Of a stretch of 64,000 nucleotides of DNA, positions 53,299-64,000 are shown one piece after another; the stretch's first letter is position 1, and each line of letters starts with the position of its first letter. This DNA comes from Eledone cirrhosa (lineage: Eukaryota), in the NCBI GenBank assembly GCA_964016885.1, contig OZ024740.1:228470001-228534000 (forward strand), in the 5' to 3' direction. Under the pieces are notes generated by a model. The model saw only the letters and a list, made by a program, of their open reading frames with translations. It was not told where the DNA came from and did not search any database. A program made the position numbers and the translations under genes.

Positions 53299-53511
53299 CT
53301 TCTTCTTCTTCTTCTTCTTCTTCTTCTTCTTCTTCTTCTTTCTTTTTCTTTTTCTTTTTCTTTTTCTTTTTCTTTTTCTTCTTTTTCTTTTTCTTCTTCT
53401 TTTTCTTCTTCTTCTTCTTCTTCTTCTTCTTCTTCTTCTTTTTCTTTTTCTTTTTTTCTTCTTTCTTTTTTCTTCTTCTTCTTCTTCTTCTTCTTCTTCT
53501 TCTTCTTCTTC
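53299..53511. repeat. (TTC)n / T-rich polypyrimidine tract
   Basis: Visible directly. Reads (GAA)n on the strand of the adjacent RTE fragment. Confidence 0.9.
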
Positions 53512-53559
53512 GTGTTTTATCTCTTCACTCACCTCTTTCACCCAAACCCCCACCACCTT

Positions 53560-53834
53560 ACACCCGTCCAGCGGATCCTGTCAGAACCAACCGTCTCCAA
53601 CTGATCCGGCTTGATCCCCAAGCAAGACCAGCCGACCTCATGGATGTTTTCCAACCATCTTGCTCGAGGTCTATCCCTGGGTCTCCTACCAGTTGGTTTT
53701 GTCCGTAAAATCTGTCCAGCGATTCTTTTCTGAGACATTCTAACCACATGCCCATAGTATCGGGGCTGTGATCTCTCAATTCGGAGAAGTAGCAGCTCCA
53801 TCTGGAGTAAGTTTCTGATCTCTGAGTTATGCAC
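53560..53834 (-). mobile_element. RTE-clade LINE ORF C-terminal fragment
   Basis: NSEIR...LLRIERSQPRYYGHVVRM...GRRPRDRPRARWLENI is a typical RTE C-terminus. Confidence 0.88.
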
Positions 53835-53838
53835 TCAC

Positions 53839-53895
53839 ATATGTGTCACATAGTGTCTCATATGTAATATAGCGAGTTGGAAACAATTCGATTAA
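53839..53895 (-). CDS. Candidate 57-nt phase 0-0 exon (LIELFPTRYITYETLCDTY)
   Basis: Minus-strand ATTTTAG acceptor, GTGAGT donor, open frame. Confidence 0.3.
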
Positions 53896-54839
53896 CTAAA
53901 ATTATCCATGGCATTAATAGATAAAACACTGCCTATGAGTGAGTAAGCTCTAAAAACAACGTAGTTTACTTTATACGAATCACTGTGAGATATGTAATAA
54001 AAGACAGATAAAATGCGGTAGAAATATATATGGAAGTACGCACCGATCGTTTGGTTTTTATTTTGAACCGTTTTTGCTTCACATTTGTAAAAATGGGTAA
54101 TATCCCTGAAATATCATGTTGAAATATACTGGGTAAAACTTTACTTTATTTTGATTTATCTGTCATCCTTTGCCTTTTATATATTTCTACTACATTGTAC
54201 CAGCGTTCGAAACTTATCGGTCTATAAACAGATTGCAAGGGAGATAACTCCTATAAAATTAATAAATGGAAGGTTTTGGAAACAGTGCGTTGTTCATACC
54301 GTGCAGTAGTTACTTCCAGCTAAGCTGAGTGGTCTATTTTAAAATTGAGTATCTTAGCCACAGACATAAGTCAATGTTGATATCAACGTAGAAATTACCG
54401 AGTTCTCAACTAATTGTCTACTAATATCGACTAGGCCACCTGCGATCTCCAGAATGTGGCCACTGTAAACAGAAGGCACTCTTAACATGTTATTTTTTCT
54501 CCTTTGGACCCATAACTCCTGATGGAGTCGAAAGGGCGCCATATTGAAATATGGCGTTTCATTGGCATTTTTAAACGTGGCGGAGCCCATCTTCTCTTCA
54601 GGCATGAACACAGAGAAAGATAGAGAGTGAGAAAAAGGAAGTGAGAAAGAGATATAGAGGAAGAATCTACCCAGAGTACTAGACTGGTGGGTTTTTATTT
54701 TATTGATTTCGAAAGGGTGAAAGGCAAAGTCTTAACAGGATAAATACACTGGAAAAAAAAAACAGCAAAAAATAAAACGAAAAATGAAACAATCACGTAT
54801 ATTTACTATGAGATATTTCTACCACAGATGTTGACACAT

Positions 54840-55256
54840 TCAGCCACTTTTAACTATAGCTTTCAGCCAGATGAACTCATCAGGCGATGTCCAACTCTCT
54901 CCTGTTGATTCAAGCCTAAAACACAATGTTTTCCAGTTGGCGGATCACTGACAATAAATCTCAAGACTCCAATCTATTAGTCTAATCAATCTTCTCACCC
55001 TTGTCAATAAGACATGGTGACATAAATCGGCTCCTCGGGTTGCGGATTGTGCCTCTAGATATAGAGTTTAACAGTGAATGTACGTATAGAATAAGCAGTG
55101 CCGGACGGAACATGGGCTGCTCTTTGGCAAGGCATGGTACCTGCTACTCGCTAGACACCCCCACCAGAGTCAAGTATCTCATAGGAGTAAACCGTTAAAT
55201 AGAAGTAAATGTGGCGGTTATTGACAGATATATATACTCCGGCACAATCACATATA
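54840..55256 (-). mobile_element. Possible degenerate Penelope-like (GIY-YIG) remnant
   Basis: Frameshifted pieces LY..GTIRNPRSRFMS and IRQLE..LGLNQ, followed by a hammerhead-like CTGATGA..GAAAGCTATAGTTA. Highly decayed. Confidence 0.35.
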
Positions 55257-58200
55257 TCAATGGCAGACGATGACCTAGTCGACTTCAATGGCAGACGATG
55301 ATATAGTCGACTTCAATGGCAGATGATGACCTAGTCGACTTCAATGGCAGACGATGACATAGTCGACTTCAATGGCAGACGATGACATAGTCGACTTCAA
55401 TGGCAGATGATGACATAGTCGACTTCAATGGCAGACGATGACATAGTCGACTTCAATGGCAGACGATGACATAGTCGACTTCAATGGCAGACGATGACAT
55501 AGTCGACTTCAATGGCAGACGATGACATAGTCGACTTCAATGGCAGACGATGACATAGTCGACTTCAATGGCAGACGATGACATAGTCGACTTCAATGGC
55601 AGACGATGACATAGTCGACTTCAATGGCAGACGATGACATAGTCGACTTCAATGGCAGACGATGACATAGTCGTCTTCAATGGCAGACGATGACATAGTC
55701 GACTTCAATGGCAGACAATGACATAGTCGACTTCAATGGCAGACGATGACATAGTCGACTTCAATGGCAGACGATGATATAGTCGACTTCAATGGCAGAT
55801 GATGACCTAGTCGACTTCAATGGCAGACGATGACATAGTCGACTTCAATGGCAGACGATGACATAGTCGACTTCAATGGCAGATGATGATATAGTCGACT
55901 TCAATGGCAGATGATGACATAGTCGACTTCAATGGCAGACGATGACATAGTCGACTTCAATGGCAGACGATGACATAGTCGACTTCAATGGCAGATGATG
56001 ACATAGTCGACTTCAATGGCAGATGATGACATAGTCGACTTCAATGGCAGACGATGACATAGTCGACTTCAATGGCAGACGATGACATAGTCGACTTCAA
56101 TGGCAGATGATGACATAGTCGACTTCAATGGCAGATGATGACATAGTCGACTTCAATGGCAGACGATGACATAGTCGACTTCAATGGCAGACGATGACAT
56201 AGTAGACTTCAATGGCAGACGATGACATAGTCGTCTTCAATGGCAGACGATGACATAGTCGACTTCAATGGCAGATGATGACATAGTCGACTTCAATGGC
56301 AGACGATGACATAGTCGACTTCAATGGCAGACGATGACATAGTCGACTTCAATGGCAGATGATGACATAGTCGACTTCAATGGCAGACGATGACATAGTC
56401 GACTTCAATGGCAGACGATGACATAGTCGACTTCAATGGCAGATGATGACATAGTCGACTTCAATGGCAGACGATGACATAGTCGACTTCAATGGCAGAT
56501 GATGACATAGTCGACTTCAATGGCAGACGATGACATAGTCGACTTCAATGGCAGACGATGACATAGTCGACTTCAATGGCAGATGATGACATAGTCGACT
56601 TCAATGGCAGACGATGACATAGTCGACTTCAATGGCAGATGATGACATAGTCGACTTCAATGGCAGACGATGACATAGTCGACTTCAATGGCAGACGATG
56701 ACATAGTCGACTTCAATGGCAGATGATGACATAGTCGACTTCAATGGCAGACGATGACATAGTCGACTTCAATGGCAGATGATGACATAGTCGACTTCAA
56801 TGGCAGATGATGACATAGTCGACTTCAATGGCAGACGATGACATAGTCGACTTCAATGGCAGACGATGACATAGTCGACTTCAATGGCAGACGATGACAT
56901 AGTCGACTTCAATGGCAGATGATGACATAGTCGACTTCAATGGCAGACGATGACATAGTCGACTTCAATGGCAGACGATGACATAGTCGTCTTCAATGGC
57001 AGACGATGACATAGTCGACTTCAATGGCAGACGATGACATAGTCGACTTCAATGGCAGACGATGACATAGTCGACTTCAATGGCAGACGATGACATAGTC
57101 GACTTCAATGGCAGATGATGACATAGTCGACTTCAATGGCAGACGATGACATAGTCGACTTCAATGGCAGATGATGACATAGTCGACTTCAATGGCAGAT
57201 GATGACATAGTCGACTTCAATGGCAGACGATGACATAGTCGACTTCAATGGCAGACGATGACATAGTCGTCTTCAATGGCAGACGATGACATAGTCGACT
57301 TCAATGGCAGATGATGACATAGTCGACTTCAATGGCAGACGATGACATAGTCGACTTCAATGGCAGACGATGACATAGTCGACTTCAATGGCAGACGATG
57401 ACATAGTCGACTTCAATGGCAGACGATGACATAGTCGACTTCAATGGCAGATGATGACATAGTCGACTTCAATGGCAGATGATGACATAGTCGACTTCAA
57501 TGGCAGACGATGACATAGTCGACTTCAATGGCAGACGATGACATAGTCGTCTTCAATGGCAGACGATGACATAGTCGACTTCAATGGCAGATGATGACAT
57601 AGTCGACTTCAATGGCAGACGATGACATAGTCGACTTCAATGGCAGACGATGACATAGTCGACTTCAATGGCAGACGATGACATAGTCGACTTCAATGGC
57701 AGACGATGACATAGTCGACTTCAATGGCAGACGATGACATAGTCGACTTCAATGGCAGACGATGACATAGTCGACTTCAATGGCAGACGATGACATAGTC
57801 GACTTCAATGGCAGACGATGACATAGTCGACTTCAATGGCAGACGATGACATAGTCGACTTCAATGGCAGATGATGACATAGTCGACTTCAATGGCAGAC
57901 GATGACATAGTCGACTTCAATGGCAGACGATGACATAGTCGACTTCAATGGCAGACGATGACATAGTCGACTTCAATGGCAGACGATGACTTAGTCGACT
58001 TCAATGGCAGACGATGACATAGTCGACTTCAATGGCAGACGATGACATAGTCGACTTCAATGGCAGATGATGACATAGTCGACTTCAATGGCAGTTGATG
58101 ACATAGTCGACTTCAATGGCAGACGATGACATGGTCGACTTCAATGGCAGTTGATGACATAGTCGACTTCAATGGCAGACGATGACATAGTCGACTTCAA

Positions 58201-58720
58201 TGGCAGACGATGACATAGTCGAGTTCAATGGCAGACGATGACATAGTCGACTTCAATGGCAGACGATGACATAGTCGACTTCAATGGTAGATGATGACAT
58301 AGTCGACTTCAATGGCAGATGATGACATAGTCGACTTCAATGGCAGACGATGACATAGTCGACTTCAATGGCAGATGATGACATAGTCGACTTCAATGGC
58401 AGATGATGACATAGTCGACTTCAATGGCAGATGATGACATAGTCGACTTCAATGGCAGACGATGACATAGTCGACTTCAATGGCAGATGATGACATAGTC
58501 GACTTCAATGGCAGACGATGACATAGTCGACTTCAATGGCAGATGATGACATAGTCGACTTCAATGGCAGACGATGACATAGTCGACTTCAATGGCAGAT
58601 GATGACATAGTCGACTTCAATGGCAGACGATGACATAGTCGAGTTCAATGGCAGACGATGACATAGTCGACTTCAATGGCAGACGATCACATAGTCGACT
58701 TCAATGGCAGACGATGACAT
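55257..58720. repeat. 28-bp minisatellite (TCAATGGCAGAYGATGACATAGTCGACT)n, ~124 copies
   Basis: Highly homogeneous tandem units with no spacers. Each unit holds the palindrome AGTCGACT (SalI site). Confidence 0.98.
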
Positions 58721-59053
58721 TCAGGAGTGGCTACCAATTGTCATTACAATAGCTAACAGAAAGACAATGACGATTATCCGAGGAAACTCGACATGCTAAT
58801 GATGGTGATGTTGATGACGATGATCATGATGATCATGATGATCATGATCATGACGACGACGATGACGATGAGGATGATGGCATAAATCGTCTGTTTCTAA
58901 AACGGTCAAGGCAGGCCCCGAAATTTTGAAAACCGCAACCGTTGGACTTGTTTTAAAATGTAAAACATCTGTTCCTTTCTTATTTCTGCAGGTACTTCAT
59001 AACAACACGATGCCAAATTTTGTCCATTTTCAAGACAAGTCGTTACTACTTAC

Positions 59054-59091
59054 TTTTGAAGTCTTCTTTGCACAGTCAGATGTCATTTTAC
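59054..59091 (-). CDS. Candidate 38-nt exon, possibly with start codon (MTSDCAKKTSK)
   Basis: Minus-strand TTGTTTCTTTCCAG acceptor, GTAAGT donor, AAAATG context at 59086-59084. Confidence 0.4.
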
Positions 59092-59519
59092 CTGGAAAGA
59101 AACAATGCATTTGTTTATAAGAAGAGTTGTAATTAATGCATGCAAGATTTCACAGCTCTAGCATCAGTCCATCAAAGTCAGCCGATGAACTTTTCAGTTC
59201 ATCCTCGTAGCAGAGCCGGATTAATTCCTGTGACAAGGTTGGACATTGAAATACTGGAGGTACAGCTCCTTATGGTCAACTGAGTGAACTGGAGCAACGA
59301 TCCGTTCATCGAACAATTAACATACTCATCGTTGAAACCGACATAGATCCAGTCCATTCCATAGGTAGATGTATGTACTTGCTTTCATGTTATTGGTGGA
59401 CATGTCTCTTTAATATGAAATATAGAAAACAATAGAAAAGCAGGATAACAGAGAGAGAGAGAGAGAAAGGGAGGGGTGGGGTGGGGGTAAGAGAGTGGTA
59501 CAATAAAATTATATTAAAA

Positions 59520-60406
<887 letters not shown>

Positions 60407-60662
60407 AATAAGGGCGCTGCGGAGTTGCAAATGGGTTACATATGAAAAAAGTTTGTCCTTCATCAGTGATCTTCCAACTATCATAGGCATTTCATCGCTT
60501 TAAAGACCATATACCTCCGGTTGGTGCGAGCAACGGCTAAAAAAAGTCGTTGGGACACGTAAATAAAGGGGACGCGAGGGTAAACAAACAAAATGGTGAG
60601 GCAACAGAAAGTGAGGAAGAAGGAGACAAGTCCCAGATTTCTATGAATTTAAGTTCGGTAAA

Positions 60663-60693
<31 letters not shown>

Positions 60694-60734
60694 TAGACAG
60701 ACAAATAGAGAGAAAAATAAAAATCCGTGTCTGT

Positions 60735-60912
60735 GAACTACAACGCGGGCGCATGCGTGATGTAGTACATGGTTGTAGGCGGCTGAGACACCGCATAATT
60801 CTCGAGTGTTTCATTGGCGTACACTGCTGCGCCTCAAGGCCTCCAATACACAAAGCACGTGCATAAAAGAAGATGTGATTCAAAAGAAGCGGTAAGGGTA
60901 AAGAACTTCCGA
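60735..60912. promoter_or_regulatory. Promoter-like motif cluster
   Basis: CpG-containing island with ACTACA..TGTAGT dyad around GCGCATGCG (NRF1-like), ATTGG and CCAAT, CACGTG, CATAAAA and ACTTCCG. Confidence 0.3.
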
Positions 60913-61390
60913 ACCCCAGAAAAGCTAAACGAGCTCTGGGTGATTTGCTTCAACCTGTTCTGAATGACACGTGCAATGAGAACGATAGCCTAGTGTATCT
61001 GAGCTACAGTCACTGGAGGTCTTTACATTTACAAATAATAACGAAAACAAGAAAAGCAAATAACAAATATAAAAAGCACAGCAGCAGCGGTGATTATATT
61101 AAACATAAAACAAAACAAAAATAACAAAGACAAGACAAGGGTGGTGATTAGAAAGAGTGATGTACATGATAGGATAAGACCGCGTTAAACGAGAGACAGA
61201 GTTGATATACAGACTGACAGAGAAACGGTAATCAAGTCATTAGCATTGAGGAGTAAATGTTACTAATAAAAACACGAAGTAGAAAATATGTAAACAGACA
61301 GATGTATATATATATATATATATAAATATATATTTATATATTACCCACTCTACTACCCAGTATCGAGTACTTTGGTGTGTTATGGTCCAC

Positions 61391-61426
61391 TCTTCTGATG
61401 AAGGATTAGCGTCCGAAACGTTAAGA
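61391..61426 (+). ncRNA. Minimal type-I hammerhead ribozyme (Penelope-type)
   Basis: TCTT-CTGATGA-A-GGA(TTAGCG)TCC-GAA-ACGT-T-AAGA. Stem I TCTT/AAGA, stem II GGA/TCC, palindromic ACGT stem III, conserved core. Confidence 0.65.
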
Positions 61427-61514
61427 CCTTCTTCCTGCTATATCAAGCGTTAACCTAATAAATATATCCCTTCCATATACTGTACCGATTGTGTTGTTAT
61501 TTCTGTTTACCTTT

Positions 61515-62538
<1,024 letters not shown>

Positions 62539-62542
62539 TATG

Positions 62543-62588
<46 letters not shown>

Positions 62589-62823
62589 ATGTGTTAAGTA
62601 TTTCCGTAGAAAAGGTAAAGGAAAGAAGAGTGCTCTATGTATAGAGAGCACACAATATAATTATTCCATCACCCAAAGATATTTCTTCTGATTTACGAAA
62701 CAGACGTTTCTGTTAGAATCGTCTAACTTCGCGAAACCTTGGGGAATGGAATAATTATATTGTGTTGTTTATTACATAAATAAAATTCTATACATATATA
62801 ATATAAAGGTAACGAAGATCGGT

Positions 62824-62860
<37 letters not shown>

Positions 62861-62895
62861 CTCCAACCGGGATTGATTGAAGCATATTCTATATT

Positions 62896-62946
<51 letters not shown>

Positions 62947-62949
<3 letters not shown>

Positions 62950-63136
62950 CGAAGGAAATGTGGTAAGGAACCAGGTGGACCATAACGCACCAAAGTACTC
63001 AACACTTAGGGTAGTAGAGTGGGTAATAGGAATGAGTAGGACCCCGACAGCTGAGCTCAAGCCGTTTCGACGGCTAATTCAGTCCAGAATTAGCCGTCGA
63101 AACGGCTTGAGCTCAGCCGTCGGGATCCTACTCATT

Positions 63137-63172
<36 letters not shown>

Positions 63173-63436
63173 AACGAGTAGGACCCCGACGGCTAATTCT
63201 GGACTAAAAAATCATTTTTTAGTCCGGAATTAGCCGTCGAAACGGCTTGAGCTCAGCCGTCGGGGTCCTACTCGTTCTTATTACCCACTCAACTATCCTA
63301 AGTATTGAGTACTTTGGTGCGTTATGGTCCACCTGGCTCCTTACCACATTTCCTCCGTTATATATATATATATGTATGTATGTATATATATATGAAATGA
63401 TTCAGGACCCTGACGGCTGAGCTCCGGCCGTTTCGA
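62947..63436. repeat. Nested inverted-repeat cluster of the ~130-bp (TA)n-associated element
   Basis: Outer arms 62947-63080 (-) and 63227-63360 (+). Inner partial arms surround (TA)n at 63139-63170. Extra fragment at 63405-63436. Confidence 0.88.
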
Positions 63437-63521
63437 CCTCTATCTATGTATCTATCTGTCTGTCTGTCTATATGCTTAGCAATCTATCTATCTATTTATT
63501 GATCTTCCTCCCCACTTCCTC

Positions 63522-63578
<57 letters not shown>

Positions 63579-63721
63579 ATTTATCGTTTTCGGTACGCCC
63601 GGCCGACTAACTCACTCGATATGCATGGGTGACGATGGTTGCCGAACACTGTACGGCTTAATTTGGGCTGTTTGTTTACAAACAAACTGAACATGATAAT
63701 AAATGTTCGGTAAACCCATAC

Positions 63722-63795
<74 letters not shown>

Positions 63796-64000
63796 ATATA
63801 TAGGGAGATACAAAGCAGGCTTTGTTTACAAACAACTAACGAATTTGAAAATTAGGTAGTAACATGTGCTTACGCCGTATTTGACTAAATAAAATTAGTC
63901 TGTTAGTTGGGATTTTAAAGAAACCCTCTGAATAGAAAGAATGAGTATGGCGTACATGGGACAGGAACCCACATCTTTGGTTTGCCGGACCAATGTGTTA

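Noticed and set aside
55257-58720. CRISPR array (28-bp repeat with palindrome)
   Set aside because: Units are contiguous with no spacers, there are no cas genes, and the context is eukaryotic.
50529-59091. Copine or tetraspanin N-terminus from joining candidate exons (…TSKVLLTISCSE)
   Set aside because: No SKSDP-type or transmembrane next exon was found, and other candidate exons intervene.

Overview
Repeat-saturated eukaryotic DNA. The tRNA-derived SINEs and microsatellite style resemble a coleoid cephalopod such as Octopus, which is an inference from recalled repeat families. Positions 1-25.9 kb hold two same-orientation, ~99% identical copies of a Tx1/L1-clade non-LTR retrotransposon. One is cut by the window edge; the other is full length and intact (CCHC ORF1, APE-RT-zinc finger ORF2). 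Each copy runs without a poly(A) tail into a 7-11 kb irregular (TCTGTGTR/TCTGTG)n satellite. Short 3' ends of a sister family sit in (TCTA)n/(TCTG)n tracts at ~31.8-32.0 kb, suggesting a microsatellite-targeting LINE lineage. The rest contains a 14.5 kb 12-bp satellite with higher-order structure, a 3.5 kb 28-bp minisatellite, SINEs, RTE/R4/other LINE remnants, and two copies of an RTE-derived bipartite non-autonomous element. It also has Penelope-type remnants with a minimal hammerhead ribozyme, a ~414-bp nested palindrome and an internally deleted mariner with ~100-bp TIRs. Nearly all long ORFs in the track are repeat artefacts. A few small minus-strand exon candidates and a promoter-like motif cluster hint at a host gene but are low confidence.
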